64,000 nt of DNA from Candidatus Bathyarchaeota archaeon (GTDB lineage: Archaea > Thermoproteota > Bathyarchaeia > 40CM-2-53-6), in assembly GCA_005888745.1 (NCBI GenBank), contig VBBS01000027.1:55045-119044 (forward strand), written 5' to 3'. The position numbers and the translations under genes are program-made. Below the pieces are notes generated by a model, which had not been told where the DNA came from, did not search any database, and saw only the letters and a list, made by a program, of their open reading frames with translations. Positions 38,540 through 47,985 of this stretch are shown piece after piece. How positions within the stretch are numbered: the first letter of the stretch is position 1; each line of letters opens with the position of its first letter.

Positions 38540-40552
38540 CTAGCTCCCAGCTATGGCCGCCAACCCCGTGAGCAATGCCCCCCGGAGTCGGCTAGATAAG
38601 CCTTGTCCGAAATCAGGCCTAGAAGCATACGCGGGCGGTGCTTCAACCGGATGGTAATATTGCGACGCTGGCTCGCGCCTTCGCCTTGATACTAGAGCTA
38701 TCAGAACTACGAGGAACAAGAGGGCTAACCCCGCAATGAGGTAGATGAAGGGAATCCCCACGACCTTCAGATTAGTCAGGTTTGGAATCCCATTTATCGT
38801 AACGGTCAAAGTGTTTTGCCCTGAGGCGAACCCGGGCTTCGAGGCCTGAACGGTGACAGTTGGGTTCGAGGCCTGGAGAGGCGTAGTGTAGACGGCCGTG
38901 TAGTTACCGTTACCGCCATCAGTTGGGCTTGAGAAGCTTCCACCAGCCGAGGATGAGAGAAAGATCGTGGCCCCTGTTACGGGGCTGGTTCCGTTTGTGA
39001 CTCGAATCATCAGGACAATCTCACCTCCCGGAGTGATCGAAGCAACGCTAGGAACGGCAGCTACGGTCAAAGGCGGAAACGGATTCAGAGTGATCGTCGT
39101 CAGAGCAGATCCACTTATGAAACCATTTTCACTCGCAATTACCTGAATTATCGAGCTGACAAGAGAGTTCACAAGCGGTGCTGTGAAATTGGACGAATAT
39201 ACACCGATGCTGCCCATGATAGGTTGAGTGAACCCGCCGCCAGCCGATGAGCTAAGAGCAAGAGTCACACCGGCCTGAGGAGTCGACCCATTCGTAACCG
39301 TGATGGTCAGAATCGAAACCTGTCCAGGCTTCAAGCTCGTCACGCTTGGAAATATCGTCGCCTGCAACCTAGGTGCGATTACGCCCAACGCGTAGACCTT
39401 CGTATCCCATGACCCGAAGAAGGCCCTAGAATCCGCGATGGCAGGGGACGAAGATATGCCGGCACCAGTCGTGTACTTCCAGAGCAAAGCCCCCCCAGTC
39501 GCGTTCAGCGCGTAAATGCTGTGGTCACTCGAGCCGAACAGTAGAGTATTCGAGCCGAGCGCCAGGGCTGGAGAAGATGAAATTCCCCCGATCGTACCTG
39601 CTTTGGGATACGTCCAGAGCTGGGCACCGGTCGTGGCGTTGAGCGCGTATAGAATGCCTCTGCCTGTTCCAAAATAAACTGCTCCATTGCTGACCGCTGC
39701 AGAAGTAGCGTTGAATGCTCCGATGTTGAACGTCCAGATAATGGCACCAGAAGTCTGGTTCATCGCGAGAAACCTATTGCTGTCAGCTCCAACGTACACC
39801 CTACCGTAAGCAAGAGCTGGAGCCGTGCTTATCGACGCCGCCACTCCAATAGGAACCTTCCATAGCTGAACACCCGTGGTCTCGTTAACCGCAACAACAT
39901 AGCCATTGTTTTGTCCGAAGACAACTCGACCATTATTGACCGAGGGAGATGACTTGATCGTGTCATCTCCAACATACTGCCAGGCGACCGTGTTGTTTGT
40001 ATAGACTGCCAAGAGAACTGAGTTGAACCTGACAAACCAGGTTCCGTAGAAGATCTTCCCACCAGCATAGACTGGCGAGGATGTGATCGGACTGATGTTC
40101 GCCCTCTGCCAGATCACCGATCCTGTCTGCTCATTGAGAGCATAGACCATCGAGTTTCTTGAGGCGAGATAGACTACGCCGTTCGCGACTGCAGGTGTCG
40201 CGTAGATCGGAGCTGAAGTGCTGAAGACCCACCTCTGAGCCCCGTTGTACTCGTCGAGCGCGTAGAGGTTTCCATCCCAAGATGGGATCAAAACCAGCCC
40301 GTCAACAACGACGGGGGAGGGATACACGTAGGATCCAGTTGTGAAAGTCCACATGAGGTTTGGCCCACTGGGCGAGGATGCTGGAGTAGTTCCGGTTCTC
40401 AGAGCGTCGTGATGGAACATCGTCCAGGGATAATCTGTAGGACCCGGAGAAGCGGCGGGAAAATGTTGCGGAGTCGCTGGTGTTTTGCTAGCGGGTATTC
40501 CTATGCTGAGAAGGAAGAGGGAAAGGATCAGAATAACAACTGCCCATCTCAA
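38540..40552 (-). CDS. cell-surface PQQ-like beta-propeller repeat protein with C-terminal TM anchor
   Basis: Signal peptide, eight-fold PQQ/BamB-like repeats (LYALDxxTGxxxW), Ig-like Thr-rich domains, C-terminal hydrophobic helix + RRRRE. Confidence 0.75.
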   Translation of the reverse strand: MRWAVVILILSLFLLSIGIPASKTPATPQHFPAASPGPTDYPWTMFHHDALRTGTTPASSPSGPNLMWTFTTGSYVYPSPVVVDGLVLIPSWDGNLYALDEYNGAQRWVFSTSAPIYATPAVANGVVYLASRNSMVYALNEQTGSVIWQRANISPITSSPVYAGGKIFYGTWFVRFNSVLLAVYTNNTVAWQYVGDDTIKSSPSVNNGRVVFGQNNGYVVAVNETTGVQLWKVPIGVAASISTAPALAYGRVYVGADSNRFLAMNQTSGAIIWTFNIGAFNATSAAVSNGAVYFGTGRGILYALNATTGAQLWTYPKAGTIGGISSSPALALGSNTLLFGSSDHSIYALNATGGALLWKYTTGAGISSSPAIADSRAFFGSWDTKVYALGVIAPRLQATIFPSVTSLKPGQVSILTITVTNGSTPQAGVTLALSSSAGGGFTQPIMGSIGVYSSNFTAPLVNSLVSSIIQVIASENGFISGSALTTITLNPFPPLTVAAVPSVASITPGGEIVLMIRVTNGTSPVTGATIFLSSSAGGSFSSPTDGGNGNYTAVYTTPLQASNPTVTVQASKPGFASGQNTLTVTINGIPNLTNLKVVGIPFIYLIAGLALLFLVVLIALVSRRRREPASQYYHPVEAPPAYASRPDFGQGLSSRLRGALLTGLAAIAGS

Positions 40553-40741
40553 TGGAATCCCCTAGCTGAACCCGAACACCTTGCTCCAAGAGAGATTTGG
40601 AGAATCCACAACTAAAGAGACATGTAACTCACGCTTCCACAATCGCGGATGCGACAATCGGAGCAAAGCCGAAAACTAGATTAATCTAGACACGGCACAA
40701 CGCCCGAACAAGGTGCAACCTGTCTGATATTCGCCTTCTTA

Positions 40742-41002
40742 ATCTTCTACCGGGTTAGACCGCTGTCTGAGGCAGATAAGAAGAAAGCCACAGCCGACTG
40801 GGCACGGTTCAAGAAAACACTGTCCAAAGAACTCGCGATAGTAGCGGAGTACGCGCACATCTGGGGAACAACCTACAACGGCATGATCCTCGTCGAGTCA
40901 CGTGACCTCTCCACATTCCACGACTTCTGGCACCGTTTCCGCGAAACTACAAGATGGTACGTGCCAGAGACAAGAACATACATCGCCCAGAAAGAAGAAT
41001 AG
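40742..41002 (+). CDS. unannotated small ORF, DUF3303-like, without a canonical start codon
   Basis: Frame translates as IFYRVRPLSEADKKKATADWARFKKTL...GMILVESRDLSTFHDFWHRF...; begins immediately after a TAA stop with ATC; absent from the track because no ATG/GTG/TTG opens it. Confidence 0.3.
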   Translation: MFYRVRPLSEADKKKATADWARFKKTLSKELAIVAEYAHIWGTTYNGMILVESRDLSTFHDFWHRFRETTRWYVPETRTYIAQKEE

Positions 41003-41263
41003 GCCAGAACTATCCCGAGTATTTCGACTAGGCTCTATACCAAGAATTTCCGACACCCGCATCTCAGTGGGGCACTCAACTCTCCGTCGGATTAGGAGAG
41101 ATTGTGCCACTGTTCCGGAAGGATTCTTAGCTTCGGCACCTTTCTCTCTGTCTTTTGACTGGAAACGCGCTCACTTGCCAGGGGTCTGGCCAGTGAAAAC
41201 GGTCAATAGGAAAATTCGCCCCCTAAGCGACCTTCTAAGCCCGTAGCCCTAGGATGTTACGAA

Positions 41264-41956
41264 TTGCTCACCGAGTCGCAGTCAGAGATGCTTGGGATAC
41301 TGTTCGGAGATGGGTCGATGTCTGAGAATCACAACTCCGTTCAGATCGTCATAACCGGTCACAAATTCGATGACGTAGAGTACCTAATTGGCCGCGTAGG
41401 TCCGATGTTCGCGGAACTCTTTGAAATGCCCCTCAAGGTACATCTAGTGAAAGATGAAAATACGATGATCCTCTACGCTTACTCCAAACGAATTGCCCTG
41501 ACCCTTCACGAATGGGGAATGCCTTTTGGCCGAAAAAAACTGGCCTGGCTCACACCGCACGTCGCATTGGATGAAGTATCTTTCGTCAGAGGCTTATTCG
41601 ACACAGATGGCTGTGTCTATCGCAAGTATGGCCCTTATTTGCAAATCCAGTTTAAGTTCGCTTCCCTTTCGCTCCTTGAGTACGCGAGGGAGTGTCTGGT
41701 AAGACTCGGCCTGAATCCCACATCGATCAGGTGCGACGATACGAAGTTCAGGTTCTATCTCAGCAGACAAGCCGAGGTAGACCATTTCTTTAGGGTCGTA
41801 GAACCCAAGAACCCAAAGCATCTTAATCGTTTCCAAAATGCTTCTCGGAATCGGTCCTACCGCCCATACACACATCGTCCTGAAGCACTCAGAAGAATTG
41901 GAAACCAACCAAGCCTTATAGGACCAATTCTGTGGAAAACACACTCGGTGGGGTAA
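41264..41956 (+). CDS. LAGLIDADG-family homing endonuclease-like protein
   Basis: Two dodecapeptide motifs, LGILFGDGSM and VRGLFDTDGCV, ~100 aa apart; TTG start; ends 27 nt before the tRNA-like locus. Confidence 0.7.
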   Translation: MLTESQSEMLGILFGDGSMSENHNSVQIVITGHKFDDVEYLIGRVGPMFAELFEMPLKVHLVKDENTMILYAYSKRIALTLHEWGMPFGRKKLAWLTPHVALDEVSFVRGLFDTDGCVYRKYGPYLQIQFKFASLSLLEYARECLVRLGLNPTSIRCDDTKFRFYLSRQAEVDHFFRVVEPKNPKHLNRFQNASRNRSYRPYTHRPEALRRIGNQPSLIGPILWKTHSVG

Positions 41957-41983
41957 CTAAGGAAACCTTTCGACATAGGGCTT

Positions 41984-42164
41984 GGGGCCGTAGTCTAGCC
42001 AGACCCACTCCGGGTCCTAGTAAGGGACGACGACGGGCTCCAGAATCTATGAAACATGCACACCGACCAATATCGAGGGATGAGGAAATTCGGGAGCGCG
42101 TGAAGATACCCGTAGACGAGGGACTCGGCGGATGTCGTGGGTTCAAATCCCACCGGCCCCACCA
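41984..42164 (+). tRNA. putative intron-containing tRNA (Pro-like acceptor stem); fold of the internal part unresolved
   Basis: 5' GGGGCCG-TA-GTCT-AGCC... and 3' GTGGG-TTCAAAT-CCCAC-CGGCCCC-A-CCA give a perfect 7-bp acceptor stem, canonical T-arm, discriminator A and encoded CCA; the span is ~178 nt, so ~100 nt of intron(s) is implied; coordinates +/-2. Confidence 0.45.
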
Positions 42165-42619
42165 GTGTAGGGCAAATCGTCAGGGACTGGAAAGATCAGG
42201 ATCTCCTCAGCACAGACTTTGGGTCTAACCATGGCTCTTCAATCCGCCTTCGAGTCTGTTGAGGAATGAATCAATGTACTGCCGTGCGATCCCCCAATCA
42301 AAACGGCTGAGAGAGTCCGATCCGGCCCCGTGAGGACGCGTGTCGCATTGTCATCGATTCTAAGCTAGGTTCACGTAGAATGTCTCGGTCCACGTAAGCG
42401 AGTCCATGATGATTTTCAACTCAATACTGCCCGTTGTCTTGTCTGCTTTTGTGGCGTTCCATCTAGCATTCTGAACCACGAGCAGGAGTGCGTCCCAAAC
42501 CTTCTCAAAGGCGTGGGCAAATCTACCTTCTTTTCTAAAGGCAACTTCTCACATTGGGCCTGCAACCTGGCAATAAACTCACACCCCATCGTCTCCTCAA
42601 TGCTCGGGGCAAATTGAAC

Positions 42620-43081
42620 CTACTTCTCTGTTCGATGGAGATGTTTCGCGTCTAACGCCTTGGCGCGCTGTATTAGTTTGGCGTCAATTCCAGTAGTTAC
42701 TGCACTGCTCGAAAACCAGGAGTCGAGTATCTCTTTTGCGATGGCGGTCGAGGTGCTTCTGAGGCTCATAGCCAATACGTTGGCGTCGTCCCACATTCGA
42801 GCACCTTTCGCGGTTTCCGCGTCCCAGCACAAGGCGGCTCGGACCTCTCGGACCTTGTTGGCGGCAATCGTAACCCCGGTTCCAGTCCAACAGAACAGAA
42901 CACCCTGGTCCGCTCTCCCGCTGCTCACGTCTAGTCCTACTTTCTCTCCAACATCAGGCCAGCCCATCGCCTCTCCTTTCAAGGGACCAAAGAGGGTGAC
43001 AGTGTGACCCCTCTTCTTCAACTCCTCGACGACATAGTCTGTCAGAACAGTTTTCTCGTCGCTTCCAACAGCGATCTTCAA
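42620..43081 (-). CDS. rpiB: ribose-5-phosphate isomerase B (RpiB/LacAB family)
   Basis: MKIAVGSDEKTVLTDYVVEELKKRGHTV N-terminus typical of RpiB. Confidence 0.8.
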   Translation of the reverse strand: MKIAVGSDEKTVLTDYVVEELKKRGHTVTLFGPLKGEAMGWPDVGEKVGLDVSSGRADQGVLFCWTGTGVTIAANKVREVRAALCWDAETAKGARMWDDANVLAMSLRSTSTAIAKEILDSWFSSSAVTTGIDAKLIQRAKALDAKHLHRTEK

Positions 43082-43170
43082 GTCTCGATCGAGAACCCCG
43101 TATACCTCAACATAGGTTTTGTGCCGGGAAAGCTAAAGTCTCTCTAGATCACGCTGTGAACTGACACATC

Positions 43171-43665
43171 TTGAGTAGGCCTTCAAAGCAGGTAAGCACT
43201 TCCAAGACCACTCTCTCCAGTCAGATGATGCCTGTGGACGCCAATCCGATGGGAAACGTGCACGGGGGCACAATTCTCAAACTTGTCGATGTCGCCGCCG
43301 GAGTCACGGCCCTGCGACATGCGAGAACTATTGTGGTCACCGCAAGCATCGACCGTATGGACTTTTACCATCCAGTCTATGTCGGCAACCTTCTCAACTT
43401 CAAGGCCTCAGTCAACTACGCTGGAACAACCTCGATGGAAGTCGGAGTAAGGATAGAAGCTGAGGACCTGAAGACTGGTAGAATAACACACACCGGCTCA
43501 TCCTACCTCACCTATGTTGCTATAGATGAGAACGGACAACCAGTCGAGATTCCCGACGTCATCCCGGAGACACTTGACGAAAAACGACGCTGGAGAGAAG
43601 GAAAAAAGCGAAGGGCCGAACGCCTCAAGATCCTACAAGATCGAAGGAGCAAGGGCAAGGCCTAG
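43171..43665 (+). CDS. acyl-CoA thioesterase (hotdog fold)
   Basis: PVDANPMGNVHGGTILKLVD motif. Confidence 0.75.
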   Translation: MSRPSKQVSTSKTTLSSQMMPVDANPMGNVHGGTILKLVDVAAGVTALRHARTIVVTASIDRMDFYHPVYVGNLLNFKASVNYAGTTSMEVGVRIEAEDLKTGRITHTGSSYLTYVAIDENGQPVEIPDVIPETLDEKRRWREGKKRRAERLKILQDRRSKGKA

Positions 43666-43704
43666 GGTCGACAAAGAACGAAAGTCGCAATTGTAGGGTT
43701 CGGC

Positions 43705-44562
43705 ATGATGGGCCGGCAGATAGCCCAAGTATTCGCCCAAAATGGCCACGAGGTCGAGGCCACGGATGAGGATCAGCAAGCACTGAAGGCGGGGCTCAAC
43801 GAAATAGCAGACGGGCCCTACGGATTGCACGCGGCTGTTTCAAAAGGAAAACTGGCTGCAGAGCAAGCTCACAGGACTCTAGCAGCCATCAAGACAAGAC
43901 CCGAGCTAGCGGATGTTTGCAAGAACTCGACTCTTGTGATCGAGGCAGCCTTCGAGGAGCTGCAACTCAAACAGAATCTGTTTCACAGAATTGAATCTGC
44001 TGCGCCACCAACTGCGATCATAGCATCAAACACTTCAACCTTGAGCCTGGACAAGATCACCCAAAGAATCTCAAGGAAGGACAGAACGATTGGAATGCAC
44101 TTCTTTAATCCAGCCCAGCTCACAAAACTCGTCGAGATCGTCCGAGGAACGTCGACATCACCTGAAACACTAGAGAAAGCGTCCCAAATCGTCCGGGAGA
44201 TCGGTAAGACCCCTATCCTCGCCCAAGATGAGCCTGGTTTCATCGCCAACCGTCTCGGACTCACCCTCTACATGGAGGCTTCAAGACTGCTAGAGGATCG
44301 TGTCGCAAGTCTCTCTGACATCGACACGTGCATGAGACTCGGATACAACCATCCAATGGGACCCTTCGAACTAGCCGACTTCGTCGGACTTGACACCAGA
44401 CTTCGGAATCTAGAATCACTCTACAAGTCAACGAATGAAAGTAAATGGATACCACCTCAGATTCTAAGAGAGATGGTCCAACAAGGATACCTCGGCGACC
44501 CTGCTAGAAAGAAGACGAGCAAGGGCGGATACTACGAGTATCTCCGGATAAAGCGAGGATAA
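43705..44562 (+). CDS. hbd: 3-hydroxyacyl-CoA (3-hydroxybutyryl-CoA) dehydrogenase; likely starts ~43678
   Basis: NAD-binding plus C-terminal dimerisation domain; the beta1 strand of the Rossmann fold, KVAIVGFG, lies upstream of the first ATG, in frame after the thioesterase TAG. Confidence 0.85.
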   Translation: MMGRQIAQVFAQNGHEVEATDEDQQALKAGLNEIADGPYGLHAAVSKGKLAAEQAHRTLAAIKTRPELADVCKNSTLVIEAAFEELQLKQNLFHRIESAAPPTAIIASNTSTLSLDKITQRISRKDRTIGMHFFNPAQLTKLVEIVRGTSTSPETLEKASQIVREIGKTPILAQDEPGFIANRLGLTLYMEASRLLEDRVASLSDIDTCMRLGYNHPMGPFELADFVGLDTRLRNLESLYKSTNESKWIPPQILREMVQQGYLGDPARKKTSKGGYYEYLRIKRG

Positions 44563-45019
44563 GAAAATCCCAACCCTTTATACAGAACATAAGCCGTGTC
44601 AACTCCACTGGTTGTTATTTGGTGTGTTAACTTCGTTCGTCTCCAGCCGTTACCTTCGAAGTATGACTCTTCACATGTTAGGCGGTCGTCGCATGAACCT
44701 GTCACGTTGGGATGAGGGGGATGACTCCGATCAGGTGACGGGTCAGAAATGGGATAGCCGGTTGGCTGGCCACCGTAAAATCCTTGCTTGGCAATCGGCC
44801 AAGTTACCACGCTATGGGCGTGAGGGGGCGGTTGAGGTTCGACCGTTCCCTGCCAAAAAGAGACTACATGTCTCTGAGGCGCAAGGGCTCGCAGGTGAAG
44901 CAGTGAAGAGGAACCCGCCGACGACGGTAATCCTCCGAGCAGATGAGAGCAAGTCTAGTCCCCCAGCAACGGAAGACTCGACAGAACCCAGAACACAACC
45001 CACAAACCATCGATGATGA

Positions 45020-45793
45020 TTGCTGTACACACACATTCTAGTTGAGACTGAGCCGCCTATCGGAATCATCCGACTGAACCGTCCGAAAGCTCTCAACGCC
45101 CTCAACTTCGAACTTATCCAAGAAACAGTGGAGGCACTCGAAGGCTTCGACAAAGACGACAGGATCAAAGCGACGATCTTGACAGGGGGAGACGACGCCT
45201 TCTCTGCTGGAGCAGACATCAAGGAACTAGCGGAAGCGACTCCTGTCACCTTGATCGAGGAGAACAAGTTCGCCCTCTGGGATCGCTTGAAGAAGATCGC
45301 AAAGCCGATCATAGGAGCGGTCAGCGGCTACATCTACGGAGGAGGATGCGAACTGGCAATGAATTGCGATATCATCATTGCATCCGAGACCGCACGATTC
45401 GCACAGCCTGAAATCAACATCGGAATAATGCCCGGAGCTGGCGGGACACAGCGTCTCACAAGAACCATCGGAAAGTATAGGACAATGGAGATGGTTCTAA
45501 CCGGACAACCCATGACCGCGCGAGAGATGGAGAAACACGGTCTCGTCAACAGAATCGTCCCCGTCGAGGCCTACTTCGATGAGGCACGCAAACTCGCCAT
45601 GCAAATCGCCCAGAAAGCCCCCATAGCCACACGGCTAGCGAAAGAGGCGGTGCTGAAAGCTCTCGACACACCGCTCGAGGAAGGGCTACAATTCGAGAGG
45701 AAGAATTTCTACCTCCTCTTCTCAACAGAGGACATGAAAGAGGGAATGAAAGCCTTCACGGAAAAACGGCCCCCCAGATTCAAAGGACGATAG
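45020..45793 (+). CDS. enoyl-CoA hydratase (crotonase family)
   Basis: Crotonase fold with catalytic Glu pair (GGGCELAMNCD...E). Confidence 0.85.
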   Translation: MLYTHILVETEPPIGIIRLNRPKALNALNFELIQETVEALEGFDKDDRIKATILTGGDDAFSAGADIKELAEATPVTLIEENKFALWDRLKKIAKPIIGAVSGYIYGGGCELAMNCDIIIASETARFAQPEINIGIMPGAGGTQRLTRTIGKYRTMEMVLTGQPMTAREMEKHGLVNRIVPVEAYFDEARKLAMQIAQKAPIATRLAKEAVLKALDTPLEEGLQFERKNFYLLFSTEDMKEGMKAFTEKRPPRFKGR

Positions 45794-45796
45794 TTC

Positions 45797-46591
45797 TTGG
45801 CACCTGAAACACTCATCGTCGAAGAACACGACCACATCACAAAGATCACACTGAACAGGCCGAGCGCCCTAAATGCGATAAACGACAAGATGGGCGAAGA
45901 ACTACTCGCGACTCTCAAAGAGACAGAGAAGAGCGACACTACCAGATGTCTTGTCATAACAGGGGCAGGAAGAGCTTTCTCAGCAGGAGAAGACATATCA
46001 GCTCTGAAAGACCGCTCTGGGACAGGAGACCATCCCTCACTCGGGGATCATCTCCGGAAGAAGTATCATCCAATCATAACCCGGATCCGAAACATCGAGA
46101 AACCAGTAATCGCCCGTCTGAACGGCATAGCAGCCGGAAGCGGGGCAAGCTTGGCCCTCGCCTGCGACATCCGAGTAGCCTCAGAGGAGGCGGGCCTCAA
46201 ACAGGCCTTCATCGGGGTAGGCTTGATACCGGATTCTGGAAGCAGCTACTTCCTAACACGAATGATCGGTCCCGGAAGGGCCCTCGAACTCATCATGACA
46301 GGAAAAACAATACCAGCGAAAGAAGCTGAACAACTTGGCCTCATCAACAAAGTCGTCCCCGCCGCCGAGCTTGACAAGCATACAGACGAGCTTGCCCATC
46401 AGCTCGCAACCGGCCCGACCAAAGCACTAGGACTCTCCAAGCGAATCGTGAACAAAGTCATAAGCCTCGAACTTCCAGAAGCCCTGGAGTATGAAGCCTA
46501 CAACCAGGACATCGCTGGACGAACCAGCGACCATCTAGAAGCCGTCAAAGCCTTTCTAGAAAAACGACAGCCGAAGTTCTTAGGGAAATGA
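45797..46591 (+). CDS. enoyl-CoA hydratase/isomerase (second crotonase paralogue)
   Basis: Crotonase-fold motifs; 4 nt after the previous gene. Confidence 0.8.
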   Translation: MAPETLIVEEHDHITKITLNRPSALNAINDKMGEELLATLKETEKSDTTRCLVITGAGRAFSAGEDISALKDRSGTGDHPSLGDHLRKKYHPIITRIRNIEKPVIARLNGIAAGSGASLALACDIRVASEEAGLKQAFIGVGLIPDSGSSYFLTRMIGPGRALELIMTGKTIPAKEAEQLGLINKVVPAAELDKHTDELAHQLATGPTKALGLSKRIVNKVISLELPEALEYEAYNQDIAGRTSDHLEAVKAFLEKRQPKFLGK

Positions 46592-46658
46592 GACACGGTG
46601 TGTTTTCCAGGTTTCACGTTTAAGTAACAAGCTCCTCAATCGCGAGAGTTGAATAACC

Positions 46659-47660
46659 GTGCCGGGAAGGAACAAGAAACGGCCGAAATTGGACCTCAAC
46701 ATCTTCCCCGGAAACTGGACTGTCACGAATGACCGGATGTTCAAGGCCTTCGACCTGTCCTTCGCCCAGAACTGGAACCCTGCTACTTTTCCTTGGGATG
46801 AACTTGACCAGAAGAATTTCGACTCGAAGGAGAGAATAGCGCAAGCCTACTGGATGTCCAAACTGGCTCTCTTCGAGAAATCTGGAATTGGAGCCTTCGG
46901 CTTTGGGGCCGTAAGAGCCGCAGAACTGAACATGGAAGACCCCACGAAGAAGATGCTTGCCTCCATCACATACGATGAATGCCGGCATGACGAAGTCTGC
47001 CGAAGAGCCTGCGACAAGCTCTGTCCCAACTGGCCATACGGATACAAGCCACAATCAGATTTCGAATCAAGGGCCCTCCGAAACATCAAGGCACTCTACG
47101 ATGACGGCAGACGCTACTGGGAAGGATTCCTAAAGGCGTGGGAATATTTGCCGCCTGAGATTCTGTTCGCTGGCTTCTTTTTTGCGGAAATAGGCGCAGA
47201 AACGATCTTCAACGCGATGCGCCAGACCAGCAAACTCGGAATCTACCAACAAACCTTCCGAAATATTACACGAGACGAGACTCGCCATCTCGTTGCGACA
47301 ATGGCCCTGCTCCGGGCCATGGCCGAGAAGTTCTCGGAGGAACAGAAGATGACTATTACCCGGCAGATGAAGCAGGGCTTCATCTTTCTCTCACCCCTCC
47401 TCTACCAGCACAAGCCCGAGTTCTGGCATCTCCCCGCAGACTTTGACAAGGTCGACCAGGAGATGGAGGAAGCGGCCAGGGACGCGGGACTGGGAGTGCT
47501 CACCCTTGAAGAGAAGGTGAAGTTCTGGAAGGAAGCGATTGAGAAGAAACGGTCCGAGATAGAAGAGATGGGAATCAAGGTACCCGCCATCCCAGAGCTG
47601 GGAGTTGAGGGCGAAGAGGTTCAGGTTAAGAAGAACGAGACTATAGCCACGAGCTTCTAG
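46659..47660 (+). CDS. ferritin-like diiron-carboxylate protein (PaaA/BoxB-like acyl-CoA oxygenase family)
   Basis: Two ExxH motifs (DECRH, DETRH) ~95 aa apart, each preceded by a conserved Glu, matching PaaA DEAGH/EESFH. Confidence 0.55.
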   Translation: MPGRNKKRPKLDLNIFPGNWTVTNDRMFKAFDLSFAQNWNPATFPWDELDQKNFDSKERIAQAYWMSKLALFEKSGIGAFGFGAVRAAELNMEDPTKKMLASITYDECRHDEVCRRACDKLCPNWPYGYKPQSDFESRALRNIKALYDDGRRYWEGFLKAWEYLPPEILFAGFFFAEIGAETIFNAMRQTSKLGIYQQTFRNITRDETRHLVATMALLRAMAEKFSEEQKMTITRQMKQGFIFLSPLLYQHKPEFWHLPADFDKVDQEMEEAARDAGLGVLTLEEKVKFWKEAIEKKRSEIEEMGIKVPAIPELGVEGEEVQVKKNETIATSF

Positions 47661-47667
47661 GAAGTGG

Positions 47668-47985
47668 TTGAAGATCACGAAGATCATAGTCCTGTTCGGA
47701 CAACCGAAAGACCCCGAACTATTCGATGAGCAATACTGGAAAGACCATGTTCCAATAGCGAAGGCGATGCCAGGTTTGAAGAAATACACAGTTCACAAGA
47801 TCGTTGGGGCACCACGAGGAGAACCGGCATACTACCAGGTTGTCGAACTGGAATTCGAGAATATGGACAGCCTGAAGAAAGCATTGGAAAGCCCGGCCGG
47901 ACGCGAATCAGGCCGGCACGGCGTAAAGATTGCTACTGGTGGCATAACTTTCCTTTACGCGGAATCAAGAGAAGCGATGCCGTAG
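47668..47985 (+). CDS. EthD/Dabb-like dimeric alpha+beta barrel protein
   Basis: 105 aa, EthD-like pattern (KYTVHKIVG...YYQVVELEFENMDS). Confidence 0.5.
   Translation: MKITKIIVLFGQPKDPELFDEQYWKDHVPIAKAMPGLKKYTVHKIVGAPRGEPAYYQVVELEFENMDSLKKALESPAGRESGRHGVKIATGGITFLYAESREAMP

Noticed and set aside
41236-42000. CCGTAG-containing ~15-nt repeats flanking LAGLIDADG copy A as possible target-site duplication
   Set aside because: Only 10-11 of 15 positions match, and a third CCGTAG occurs inside the tRNA region; similarity is within chance expectation for a 1-kb span
42000-42060. RNase P RNA-like CGGGCUCCA block
   Set aside because: Only a 9-nt match to the P4/CR-I consensus; no matching CR-V partner downstream; in addition, RNase P RNA does not end in a T-arm plus CCA
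41932-42228. 98-aa ORF spanning the tRNA-like locus
   Set aside because: It overlaps the tRNA T-arm and acceptor segment, and its translation is Arg/Pro-rich with no protein-like features
42450-42620. 57-aa minus-strand ORF just downstream of rpiB (MGCEFIARLQAQCEKL...)
   Set aside because: Below the size cut-off, no motif, no obvious conservation signal; could be real but unsupported
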